DNA from: Octopus sinensis
Taxonomy: Eukaryota
Length of the DNA: 64,000 nt
Assembly (NCBI RefSeq): GCF_006345805.1
Contig: NC_042999.1
Span: 100,130,001-100,194,000, forward strand
Reading direction: 5' to 3'
Within the stretch, counting starts at the first letter, position 1. Each line of letters opens with the position of its first letter. Under the pieces are notes generated by a model. It saw only the letters and a list, made by a program, of their open reading frames with translations, did not search any database and was not told the origin of the DNA. The position numbers and the translations under genes are program-made. This document shows positions 28,777 through 41,500 of this stretch, one piece after another.

Positions 28777-29165
28777 AATAATAATAAATGACAAATAGAC
28801 GTGCACACAACTGAGAAAAGTTTTTTTCGGTGTTTCACCGAATATGTATTCCCATGTATGGCAGATTATACACGCACATACACACACACAAACGCGCACG
28901 TACACATATAAGCACGTGGTACACGCTCACACATATATCTATGTTAGTATATACGTATACTGATATGCATGCATGCAAAACGCATATATATATATGCGTT
29001 TGATGCGTATGTGTGTATACCACATGCGTATATGTGTGCGTGCGCATTTGTATGTGTGTGTGTGTGTGTGTGTGTAATCTGCCATACATGGGAATACATA
29101 TTCGGTGGAATGCATAAAAAACTTTTCTTAGTTGTGTACACGTCTATTTGTCAATTATTATTATT
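28777..29165. repeat. Fold-back element: ~95-bp imperfect inverted repeats around a microsatellite spacer
   Basis: AATAATAAATGACAAATAGACGTG...CCCATGTATGGCAGATTA versus TAATCTGCCATACATGGG...CACGTCTATTTGTCAATTATTATT. Confidence 0.85.
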
Positions 29166-31024
29166 GCTTCTATTCTCTTTTAATTGTACAGAATAAGCCT
29201 TCGTACCATATTTCTGTATCGAATTGATAGACAGTCAGACAGACAGATCTTTTCCATAACCACGATTAACGAAGTCAGTCGTTGGTATCCTTGAAAGTAG
29301 AACTGATATAACAAGCTAGCTTCTACATAGTCGCTCAGTATCATAGAAATAATAATGACATATTTCTTAAGCTGTATATAACCGCTTTAAAAATAGAAAA
29401 CATTAGCTAATGTAATCCTAGATTTTTGTTTTGTTGCCTTTTTTGTAGATTTCTTTTTGTGTGGTTTGTTTTTGTTACTGTTAAGTAAAAAAAATGTGGG
29501 ATTGACAACAATATAACTCCTTTGATCACAGCACCGAGGTTAGGCTAAGCAACAGATGAACAAATACAATATAAGTCCTTGATTGTGAAGTGAAAACTCA
29601 TGAACCATATTATAGCTGTGTTCGGTGACGATTAAACGTTTATGTGTTCGATTGTGTATTATAAATTGATAGCTATTTTTTTTTAACAATCACAATAGTT
29701 GTATTTTTACAAAAAAAAAATGCATCAGTCACACACACACACATATAATAAAACTCATACTCAATGTGTATGCTTTGCTTGTACGTCGGTAGCTGCAATT
29801 TGAAGCGATAGAGATGATTCCATCAACGAGCTGTTTGTTAAAACACTGAAAGTCATAGACAAGTGAGACAACTCATCCCAAATACCATTCAAGAGCGATG
29901 GACCATTTTTTGTGGCTTATCAACATCACGTACCTGAACCGAATTGGAGCAAAGCGCATCATAAGTTTACGTGAGCGTGGTGTGCAAGTATAATTCATGA
30001 AGGTTTATTTAACTGGAGCAAGGCGTACCATCAACAGTCTAAATGTTAAAAGTCTGATCGGGACTCCAGAAGAAAATATGACAGGTGAAACAGCAGTTAA
30101 ATATGACTAAGTAATGGAATAAAACCTACTGAAGGATATCATTACAATAATAATTATCCAATGTATCTAAATATAGTTTATCGCTATGTTCAGTCAGCCT
30201 TCTTTCAGTCAACCTTGTTTCAGATATATCATTGACACAGGAATAACTTATAACCGCTTTTCCACGAGCCAACGAAGAAGTCTCTATACGCTCGCTCAAT
30301 CTGCTAGAAATAGCAGCCAAATCTTCCTGAAATTTGAGTCAACAATATTTTATGAATAGAGGTCACAGACGTGCATTAAAGACAGGTTGCTCATTTGATC
30401 ATAGTCCTGCTCAGTTAAGACATGAAGTTAAACAACACGCATCTGCATCAAATAGCGACCGATATGAATACTTAAGCAGAGAATTTCAAAATTTAGCTTT
30501 CAGACTTTTGATTTCTAGTGTTAATAGCCAGCATGCTATTTTACCAAACAGATACGAGCGTTAAAACGCAATTTGTTCGCGGTGACAAATAACTCAGAAT
30601 CGATTTTTTTTTTCCTAAAGATGCCTAATCTTCTCAAAGTTTAAAAGTTCTACTTCGATAATCTTATCTTTGGCACTTAGGAATGTTACTTAACAGCTTC
30701 GGCTGCCAATCTGCATAATAAGGATTGGGTTTCGGTTTACTTTTCAATATTAACGGTTTTCTGTTTCCAAAATGGTTATTTGTTTGTCTCTTTATTTTTA
30801 TTTTTACAGATTTTTTTGTTAATCTATAAAATAATGGGAATATTTAGCAGATATAAGGACATGTATTCAATACAAGTGCTATATAGCTCATATGTCTATG
30901 TGTTCGGATTCTGAGTATGCGTGTATTTGAGTGTATTGTGTGCCTGTATGCATGTGTATAGTAATATATAGATAAGTATGTATACACACACACAGACACA
31001 GATATATATATATATATCTGTGTC

Positions 31025-31074
<50 letters not shown>

Positions 31075-31550
31075 CATTCATATATATATACATCTGTGTG
31101 TGTATATGTCTGTGTACATAGTCACATACACGCATATGTTCGCTTACGCATGTACTTATGTGTGTATGTGTGTGTGTATGTATTATGTATTATGAGTGTG
31201 TTTGCGCTAAAAAGAAATAAGAATACTCAAATGACTTAGCACAGTTTATTTGTTTATTCCTGGCTGATGAACCACTACGTCTCTACTCCGAGATTAAATG
31301 TAGGATAGGAACATTGACCTAGACTTTTCAAAACCTTCCAAAATTGTGTTACCTCTTTGTGTTTTTGATACAATTTTATTTAGAATTTTCAGTTTCCTGC
31401 ACGTTGATTAAAGCAGCTAATACGCAGTGTCACTAGAACTGCTTTACCATATTTGTTCTTGCTCTCTGAGTTAAAATCGCACCGAAGGCAGTCTTTCTTT
31501 CTTCATTTGGTATGAATAAGTAAGTAACATTCAAGTATCGGAATCGATTC

Positions 31551-31615
<65 letters not shown>

Positions 31616-31739
31616 CTCTCTCTCCTTTCCTCTCTCAGAATTGGCTATAGTCCACAATATGTTATTTTGTGAAATGCGCATAAAGAAAGGCAAACAACTT
31701 TGTGTCTTCGAACGAAAATTCTATGATTGGCTCCACCTG

Positions 31740-32930
31740 CTTTTTCAGGAATACGTCAGGAGCTATTCCTTTTTCAACGACTTGATAGCACAATTTTTTC
31801 TCGCTTTAACAAAGTTTTCATAAGTTTAATTTTGGTGTGCAAATGAGGAAGGTACAATTTCTTAGAGTTGACAAACAAATGAACTTTTTTAGCCATATTC
31901 TCTAAGCCTAGTGGCTTTACGCACATACAAAACAATAGTACATATGACAGCCTTCCTGTAATCCTATTAAAAATGCTATTTCCTTTAGACCTATACATAC
32001 ATCTAACTTATATGTCTGATACTGAACCTTTTCTAACGGCAACTTCATGTTGTCTTGTGACTCATTCATGTTTCTAAAATGTGCAATAGGTAGAGAAAGT
32101 AAGTTATTTCCATTATAAGAAATCAATAAATAGTCGCCATTCATCCGCTTTGTGTTCAAGAACAAGAGTTTCCATGATTGAATTATCATCTTTACAAAGC
32201 AAAAATTTATTTCATGAGAGAACCATTCTTTGAATTCATCACAGCGGCTGCAGAAACCAGAAATTTTAGGATAGCGATGCAATGTATACCAACAATTCAA
32301 TCTTCAACCTAAAAGTTCAATCTGCCTATTAGGTAAATTCAGATCACGAACTAGGTCATTCAGATCACTTGTGATACTAAATGTTGTCCATATCACTTTC
32401 TGATGTGTTGTCTATTCTGTATTTTATGTAGTTTGTTCTCAGTGCTTGCTCTTGGGCAGCACAGATTAGAGCCTCCGTTTCCGGTTTTAAATCATTTTAT
32501 TTGTCAAGTGGCGCAAGGGGTAGACCAGAATTTTGTGCCAGAAATCTCTTCATCTTTTTCCTCTGAATATGTTCCAGCTTAGTTCGATTTCTCACCATTT
32601 AAATGTTGTTCTTGGGAGAATTTAGTACTGGAAGATAAGTACTGTAAATAATTGGTGAATTACACTATTGAAGATTTTTGAAGCTTATTCGAGCTCACAA
32701 AGTTGAAATAATAGCTAGTTGAGTGACCTTTGGTCACTCTCCAGAACATTACAGCTGTAAATGACATGAAGCGGGAACTATTTAGCGATCTTGTTAATTG
32801 CCTTACGCAAGTGACACACCAAGTATTAGGGTCCCGACTCTTGTACAGATTCACTCACTTTATATTCAGAGGTAATATTTACGTCAATGTGTAAAGCTGT
32901 GCTTCCGGGATTTAAATTAGTGAAATTATT
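31740..32930 (-). pseudogene. Fossil Chapaev3-type (CMC superfamily) DNA transposase
   Basis: Colinear degenerate motifs on one strand: CVTCVRQLT..MSFTAVMFWR..H..YYF; DLNDLVRDLNL; YNGN..SLPIAH..MNES..NMKL.LEK..GLQEGCHMYYCF; LFVNSKKLYLPHLHTKIKLMK (compare LPPLHIKLGLMK). Family assigned from recalled motifs. Confidence 0.75.
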
Positions 32931-33384
32931 TAGACAGCAAATTTGTTGATAAGTCTATAAATATATTTACACGTGTACTTTTAATAAACATATAATTAAA
33001 TCGCTGGGCGATATCTGTAGAACGACAGACGACCACAAATTAAGATGTATGCACGAAATCTAGAGCTCGGAAATAGATCTTTACATTCTGAATTCAAATC
33101 TTGCCGGGGTCAGTTTTGCCTTTCATGCTTTAGCGGTTAATATAATACAGTACTAATCAAGCACTGGAGTCAATGTAGTTGACCATCTCCGTCCTGCAAA
33201 TTTCGGTCATTGTGCCTATATTAGAAGCAATTATAAAAATGGTGTGCTAACAGAATCGTTGCCGGGCCGGACAAAATGCTTCGTAGCTTTTTTTCCAGCT
33301 CTTTATGTTCTGAGTTCAAATGTCAGTGAGATCCACTTTGTCTTTCATCCTTTCGGAGGAGGTCGATGAAACAAGTACCAGTTA

Positions 33385-34452
33385 CGTACTACAGTTCTCC
33401 TCCACCCTTATTGCAGCCTTAATTTGTTCCATGCACTTCTCAAGATTTTTAATCACTGTTCCCAGGACTCCGGCAATTATTGGTACTGCTACCACCTTTT
33501 TCATCGACCACAACTGCTTTACCTCCCAAGCTAACCTCTCATATCTCTCGACTTTTCTTTCTTCCTTATCGCATACCTTGTTGTCAGCTGGGCATGCTAT
33601 ATCTATGATCCAGGATAGCTTTCTTTCTTTCTCAATTATGACTATGTCTGGCTTCCTATTCTCTATCTCATGGTCGCACTGAATCATAAAATCCCACAGG
33701 ATCTTTGCATTATCATTTTCGATGATGCCTTCAGGTTTGTGGTCGTACTACTTTTTCCGCTACAACAATACTTGCTGCCTTGATCAAATTATTTGTTTCT
33801 GTAATGTTGTTTGCTCCGATGTATTTCAGAATTTCATTGACATTTTTCAGTTTTTAGTTCAATTTCCACCGATCAACCGTTTTAAGGCTGCAAATAATGT
33901 CGCTATCGTTCTCCTGTACTCTTGCCATTATTCTGTCGTAGATTGCCTTCTGTTCATCTGTCATATCGCCATTAGTTTTATTGTCTTCTTTCAGATCATC
34001 TATATGTCTCTTATCATCAAGTAGCTACCACTGTTCCTTTCCCGTGCTATGAGATCATTTTATTAATAAGAACTGTATTTTCATCGTTATCTCTGCTGCT
34101 ATTTTCCAATACCCGTCTTTTGATAGCTTCGAGCTCTACTTCTGTGAACCAACGATTTTTTCTTATTGCACTAGCTTCTTCCGTGAGTTGAAACAATCCC
34201 TTTTCTCTCCAATGATCAAACATACGTTGTCGGTAACCCCTAATTTGAGCACCATTTTCATCTACAGGGTTACTCAGGTACCCCATGACCACAGTATCTC
34301 CACATATTTTGCAGTTACTTGTATTTCTTTTCATTACATGCTCTTGGTAATTTCTGCTGAGGAGGCTTTGATCTTATACTGCAATTAAAAATCCTTCAGT
34401 ATCTGCTTTGAATCCTGAGATTCTCAGCCATTGTTGGTGGGATTTCATTTTA

Positions 34453-34490
<38 letters not shown>

Positions 34491-34880
34491 GGTTTTTTTT
34501 TCTTTAGTTTAATCCAGTATTTGCCATGAAGGAGCTTTTCTTGCCATCGTTTTATCATAATCCGTTGCTGTTCTAGTTTTATTAAGATTTCAGTTGTTTT
34601 ACAGCTTTTGTTGTTTCTTCTTTTTCGTAGTTGTTAGGTACTATAACTTCTTTTTTGTATTTGTCAGCTTCCTTAAAAAACTGAAAGACAGTTTTTTTTG
34701 TTTTGTTCGTGTTTTGTGGCTATTTGTATTAGTTTTCCTTGCTTCTGAAGTACGTATTTCTGTAGACTTATGGTGATTATCTTGTAATAGTTTTTTTAGC
34801 TGTATAAGGACTCTATCGCCTTCAATACGTTGTATATATAATCCCGTTTGTTATCCTTGGGTTGAATGATACGGGTCCAA
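33385..34880 (-). pseudogene. Mosaic of R4/Dong fragments (linker, N-terminal domain, RLE)
   Basis: 33385-33760 has KPDIVII..IIDIACP..RYERL. 34047-34330 has RGYRQRMFDHW..IRKNRWFTEVELE. 34330-34880 has WQEKLLHGKY, WLRISGFKADTEGF and QDQSLLSRNYQ. Confidence 0.8.
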
Positions 34881-35173
34881 CACTTTTAATTAATATTACT
34901 TACTCGGGTATAGTCCTGCGCTTTGTCAGCGTGGCGAACGTATTTATACGTGTTGTGCGATGACGGAGGTGAGACACAGTTAAAATACATCGTTTCATTC
35001 GGAAAATAGAAATAAATCTTAATGGGTATTACTTATTCGGATATAGTCCAACACTTTGTCAGTTATTTTAGGCTCCATTTGTTGACTTTATTCCCAATGT
35101 TTTTGGATAGTTTTTGGAACAGTGCTTTATTGCTCTCACATGTTAAACGTCCCCATGATTATTATTATTATTA

Positions 35174-35213
<40 letters not shown>

Positions 35214-35680
35214 TGATGAAAATTCTCAGCTTATTTTGCTGGGTATGATGGAAAGTGTCAGCTGTCCACAGCCTACAGACTAGGGTGACACTTGTTTACT
35301 GGTCATGCTTCAAGAAACCTGCGAAGAATTCTTCCAGTTCCAAGCAATGCCAATTTTTGTAGACGTTCTATCTTTATATTTGTGCCAATCTTTTTGAGCC
35401 ATGCTGGTACTTGAGTGCTGATACTTCGAAGTGCGCCAATTATTATTGGTATCACGTCTACTCTCTTCATTGAGCACAACCTTCGCATTTCCCAATTTAA
35501 ATTGTCGTAGTCGTTCAGTTTTTCTTCTTTTTCTTTGACGCTCTTGTCACTGGGACATTTTATGTCGATTATCATGCAAGTGCTTTCTTTTTTATTCACC
35601 ACAACAATGTCCGGTTCCCGATGTCTGGTCCGGTGATGGCACTGAATCATTGCATCGCACAGGATTTTGCAATCTTCATT
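35214..35680 (-). pseudogene. R4/Dong LINE 3' end (RLE domain + UTR) ending in (TAA)n
   Basis: EPDIVVV..IIDIKCP..IIIGAL..LGTGRILRRFLEA*; abuts (TTA)n at 35158-35213. Confidence 0.85.
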
Positions 35681-35749
35681 CTAGTATGTCAACGGTGTAT
35701 TCATTGAGATAGATGTACCAGAAGAAGCGGTATGACTGGAAAATTTAGA

Positions 35750-36020
35750 AAAGGTTTGCTCCCAACCACATGCTTCCCGGTTCAATTTCATTGTGTGGAA
35801 ACTTGGGCAAGTGTCTTCCACTATAGCCCTGGATGGACCAAAGACTTGTGAGTGGACTTGATAGACGTAAAATGAAAAATAGTCTGTCGCGTGTGTGCGT
35901 GCGTGTGTGTGTGTGTGTGTGTGTGTGTTTGTGTTTGTTCTCCCTCGCCGCAAAACAATCGGTGTTGGTTTGTTTACGTCCCTGTAACTTAGCAGCTTGC
36001 CAGAAAAAGGCTGATAAAAT
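35750..36020 (+). mobile_element. SINE family A
   Basis: Matches 57172-57587; internal (GT)n. Confidence 0.75.
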
Positions 36021-37246
36021 ATGACTGTTGTCTAATCCCTGAAACAACTAAAAGATGAAAGATTCAAATTCAACATTGAATAAAGATCTGATACAGATAC
36101 AGGTGATATATTTTTCGATATAAACGTAAGAATAAGGGGGAAATAGAACACTAATATACACATATAGTGTCAACAAATACAATGGAATTTGTGAGTGTCT
36201 CCAACCCTCTCACCCAATTATAAGATATACGTAGTTAAATCTCTATTTGCACTCAACAAAAGACGGTTTAAAAGATAAATAAAAGTTAAACGAACCCTGG
36301 TCAATGACAGAAACTAGAATACGTCGGTAAGGTAACTGTAGAAAAACATTAAACAATTCCTCTCTATACAGTAAACAAAGACAAACTATACATATAGTTT
36401 ACTACATTGACTAAATACATTCTAACTACAAAATGTAATGGATTACATCAAAAATCTACACTCACAATATGAAGACTTATCATATGTAAACAGAGCAGTA
36501 AGAATATATTATATTAACACCAGAAATACAAACCTCATTATACGAAACGACATACATGTAAGTCAGAGAGCGTACTCTCGCATAATCCGTGCAATATAAA
36601 CTTTTCAATGTAAGCATCGAAGTTGTAATCGTCATGACTCAAAACTGTTATATTGGGTATTTTATAACCAGCTGACCATATTACAATGCAGAACACGAAA
36701 CAAAACAAGATAGAAATACATCGGTTCATAAAATAGCCTATAGAGAATTCCACATAAAAACTAGAAGGCTATCAATAGAAGTTTTATTAATCACCAAACA
36801 CAAACCAGAATTCAACATGAAGATACAGTACGGTATGCTGGTAATAAACCAAATATTGTTACTGATTCCTGAATGTAACCTGCATTTAACAGTTACAATG
36901 TTAAATCCGACATTGATGAGTTTATCAGTAACACCATCATTCCCATGATCTTAGCCACGTACAATAAAATGCGATAATAAAAACAACCACTACATCGAGA
37001 GTTGATAGGCTGAGAATAACTAGATACGTTCGCGGATTTCAGAACATCATTGTTTCAAACTAGACACAGGGGATTAATATACAGAAAAAATATCAAGAAA
37101 GAAGATTGAACTCAAAGTCAACAAGTGTTTTCTATATGCCTACGCTTATCTGCAGGCATGTATCTATCTATCTATTTCTCTATATATAGATACATACATA
37201 CAAACATACATAAACACGTACACACACACGTATACATATGTGTGTA

Positions 37247-37317
<71 letters not shown>

Positions 37318-37350
37318 TTTCTCTCCCTGTTTCTTTCCTTGTTTTTTTTC

Positions 37351-37392
<42 letters not shown>

Positions 37393-37443
37393 CGTTTGTA
37401 GAAATACATAAATCCGGAAGAGATGTAGAGTAGTTAATATTGT

Positions 37444-37580
37444 GGTAGGCCGGTTTATGGGGTTACCCTGGGTTTCTCACACATAAGGAGTTTAACCTTA
37501 CGGCGTATCTTCAGACTCCAAACACTGAGGCATCTTTAGATGAGCGAGAAACCCAGGGTAACGCCATAAACCGGCCTACC
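37444..37580. repeat. 35-bp inverted repeat pair (PLE-type inverted terminus)
   Basis: 37444-37478 versus 37546-37580, one mismatch. Confidence 0.9.
37453..37523 (-). ncRNA. Type I hammerhead ribozyme motif
   Basis: Minus strand reads GUUUGGAGU-CUGAAGA-[stem II CGUAAGG/CCUUAUG]-GAAA-CCCAGGG-UA^ACCCCAUAAAC. Core intact; stem I has a mismatch and a bulge. Confidence 0.7.
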
Positions 37581-37611
37581 CAACAATAATAAAAGAGATG
37601 AGGAATTCCGT

Positions 37612-38061
37612 ATGTTATTTACATTGGACGGATGTGTCCTCATCTCGTTTGTTGTTACCACAACTTATCGGCTGATTTACTCTTCAGTCTTCATCAAATG
37701 TCCTGGTGGAATTTTGAACTCAACTCTTCCTTTTGAATTCATGTATGGAAAATCGGAGACCACCTTCCACTGTAGGATGAAGTTAGACAGAGAGCACCAG
37801 TGGGAAATACAAAAATTAAAAGAGGCAGCACATATGCTAGGACACAATAACCTCCTAAGCAGGCCTAGTGCAGCTATGAGTAGAATATGGGAACCGGTAT
37901 TAAGGAAAGATTTTAAAATATTGTTTATAAACCCTAAAATTCACTCTATAATTGATCATATGCCCACGGACATATAGAGTAGTAGTTAAGAGAGCGGGCT
38001 ACTGACCCCAAATTTCCGAATTCAATTCCAGGCAATGCCTTGAATAAATAATACGAATAAC

Positions 38062-38131
<70 letters not shown>

Positions 38132-38266
38132 TCAAAAAATACCTTAGGAATGAGAACCCAGGGTTACGTTCAAAATTCCACTTGGACACCTGATGAAGAC
38201 TGGAGAGAAAATCAGCCGAAACGTTGTTAACAACAAACAAGATTAGTACAGATATCCGTACATGTA

Positions 38267-38272
<6 letters not shown>
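37612..38272 (+). mobile_element. Penelope-like element remnant (Penelope/Poseidon-type) with inverted pseudo-LTR
   Basis: 37612-37730 is the reverse complement of ~38168-38272. Between them is a GIY-YIG C-terminal-like peptide KLDREHQWEIQKLKEAAHM..LSR..MSRIWEPVL. Confidence 0.75.
38184..38232 (+). ncRNA. Minimal hammerhead ribozyme motif (stem I partly decayed)
   Basis: GGACAC-CUGAUGA-AGACUG..UCAGCC-GAAACGUU^GUU with palindromic AACGUU stem III; the inverted copy at ~37655-37703 has a mutated core. Confidence 0.65.
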
Positions 38273-38329
<57 letters not shown>

Positions 38330-38330
38330 T

Positions 38331-38472
38331 ATGAATAAATAAATGGAGTTGAACGAAGATGTTAATAAAATCCCTTTACTTTCGACATATTTTTCGAAGA
38401 CAACGTGGTTTTGTCGAAAGTAAAGGAATTTTATTAACATCTTCGTTCAACTCCATTTATTTATTTATTCAT
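38331..38472. repeat. Near-perfect 57-bp-arm hairpin
   Basis: 38331-38387 versus 38412-38472; one substitution plus one extra TTTA unit. Confidence 0.9.
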
Positions 38473-38645
38473 CTATAACACACAAATTAATGCACATTAA
38501 CCCGGAGTTTCTACCTTTGGATAGGTCGCTTCAACCGTGTTTCTGACGTGAATTTGCTATGTTAACGGATTGAATTTTCCATGTTAACGGTAAACATAGG
38601 ATAATTCATTCACCCATCGAAATATATATATATATATATATATAC

Positions 38646-38850
38646 TCTTTTTTACTCTTTTACTTGTTTCAGTCATTTGACTGTGGCCATGCCGGAGCAG
38701 CGCCTTTAGTCGAGCAAATCGACCCCAGCACTTATTGTTTGTAAGCCTAGTACTTATTCTATCGGTCTCTTTTGCCGAACCGCTAAGTTACAGGGACGTA
38801 AACACACCAGCATCGGTTGTCAAGCGATGTTGGAGGGACAAACGCAGACA
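38646..38850 (-). mobile_element. SINE family A, 3' half
   Basis: TTACTTGTTTCAGTCATTTGACTG...GCCGAACCGCTAAGTTAC matches other copies. Confidence 0.8.
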
Positions 38851-38855
38851 CACAC

Positions 38856-38917
<62 letters not shown>

Positions 38918-39699
38918 CTCGTATACATAAACACATCCATACAAACATACATATACAACATAATTACATATGTGTATATGTTTCTCTACCTGATTGAATT
39001 TTTAGTGTCTATCTTAATGGTCCACAATTACAGTTTGTTTACCTGTCTGCTCATGCGTTGCATGTGTACGTATGTGTGTATTTGTGGTAGGGGCGTATAG
39101 AGAGCTTCTTGCATGAGAAAATATTAGCTTCCTTGTATATGTTCTATGCACAGCCATTCACCATTTGAGTTCTAGGGACTTATTGTAAATATTTTTTTAT
39201 CCACATCAAAGGCTCGTATATCTCTTCATTCATATTTACGTTTGAAAATAACAATGTCATGTTAAGTTGCCTCTCTATTCTCTCTCTCTTGTCTCTAGAG
39301 TGAAAATCCTCATATTACTGTTGCAAGTTAACACAGCTCTTTGCAATGTCAAATTGATGCATGTCGTCGTTCAATGCATTATGTCCTAATTTGCATTCGT
39401 ACAAGAATAGCGGTACTTGTACAACTGCCACCATATTATTGAGGAGCACAAAATCAATGCTTACATGACAAATTCCCGTTCAAGAGGAAGCTAAATGAAT
39501 ATAATAATTCAAAACGATCATTCTTCTACTTCTTTTTTTAATATATATAATGATAACTGTTAAATTGTTCATATCGAAAGACTACATTTCATATGGTACA
39601 GGCCAATAGATGTTTTCCTTTACAAGACAGATAAGGTATAATGAGATAGAAATTTAGCTATTATTCCTAGCAGGTTCAGCATCCAAGTTATCTCGTTTG

Positions 39700-41500
39700 T
39701 GTTGTGTAAGAAAAATTACCAGTGTTAGTTTTTATTTCAGGACTGTACTGAAGTTATATTTTACGCGTGTAAACTTTAGAAAGACAATTATGAGCTTTTG
39801 GAACATAAATTTTCAAATTTTTACAACTATCTTATAACTTACCTCATAAGGCTAAATGTAGGAATAATGATGGGAACTTTAAATTTGATCTCAGTGGTAT
39901 GTTTGAAATATGCTCCAACTATTTTAATCATCAAATATGTTTTTTCATCTGCTTACTCTTTCCTTGCTTGGGGAATCTGCCATATCCAGTACATTTTGTC
40001 TAAGTTTCTTGCAGCTCTCACCTTGATATTTAAGCTATACGGTTGTTGTTTTCTAAACACGGAACAATCTTCCGTCATTTTTATTATCATAAATATACAT
40101 TTAGATTCAATATATTTCACACCATTGTTTGTGGAATATTAAATGGTTAAATCCAATTCATTGTTTATATGGTTAATACTCAACCCATACAGGTTTTCCT
40201 TAATGAAAATACGAGATATGTTTCTATATTTGGGTTTTCCTATTTTCGTATTAGGTGTAACAATAGGTTTGACGAGAGTACAAAGAGCAGTATAGATAAG
40301 CTATAAAATACCTATTATATAATATATTCTATCAGGTTTTATTAGTTTTTCCACCCCTCTCAGATGTAACGCGACATAATATTCTATAATATTCAAGCTG
40401 TTCAATAACAATTATAATTTGGTTTTGCCCTTTATTTGATATAGATATGATAAACTACTGATGTGGTAGTATGTCTAAAGCTCGTCAATATTCTATTGAC
40501 AATACTGCCCACTTACTGAAGTACTCAACACTTCATTCCAGATTGTTTTCTTAATAAGGAATTGTATATAGAACCCCATGTGTTCTTCTTTCTATCAAAT
40601 TATTAAGGTGATATGATAACATTGGCAGCACATTGAATCTGCGATACAGACTGGAGTGGTCTTAGTGTAGCATATACATAGTAGAGTACTGGACAAATAT
40701 TTAATACTTAGCCTGAATGTTTAGGTAATTTAGAGAAAAAAGGGTGAAGACGATTGGCAGCAACCTGAACAGATCTAATAAAAGCTGCACATATTTTTAC
40801 ATAGAGTGTAATCAGATCCCTCCAAGAAAGCATCACATTCTTATACCAATATCTTGTTATTAGAGCTGGGCTCGAAGATTTTCTGTTCGACATTTTCTTC
40901 AGAATGTTTTCTCTAACGCGTTATTTATTACTATTGTAATTTTACTCAACGAGTTTTAAGTATATTGTTGTAGTTCTTCCATTTACTCGGCTTGCATGTT
41001 AAACATGTAATTTATCCTTCTTTATAGATTTCCAATAGATTTCGACAAGTTTTCATGATGGTGTTTAATTTACAGTAAATGTGTTGTTTCTGTGATGGTC
41101 TGATTTAGAGTCTTCAGTATCTTTGTTTATATCTTGTCAGTTTGTACTTTAGTCTTTTAGCTTTGGTTGCAAATTCCTTTTTCAGCTTATGTCATCTGTA
41201 AATTAAGGTTTCAAATTTCGTATTGGAAAGCTGCCTTTCTAATTCTTCTGCTAAATCTTTTTTGGCGTTTTCTAAACGTATTAATTTTGTTACACTTCAT
41301 AATTACGAAAATCTGTAAGCTTTTTCATAACAATAAAACATGTGTTTTTCAAGTTAGGGACATACCATCGTAAAATATATTGGCCCCTGCCTAGATTATG
41401 TTTCCCCGGTTCCATAAGATGAAACAAAAATATAGTTGCAGTCACATCCAGAGATTTACAGTCTACTGTTGCTATACACATATTAAAGGGTATATTTTAA
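39700..41500 (-). pseudogene. Possible very old LINE remnant
   Basis: Only a weak RT C-terminal-like peptide (IKVRAARNLDKMYWIW) and an A-rich minus strand. Confidence 0.25.
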
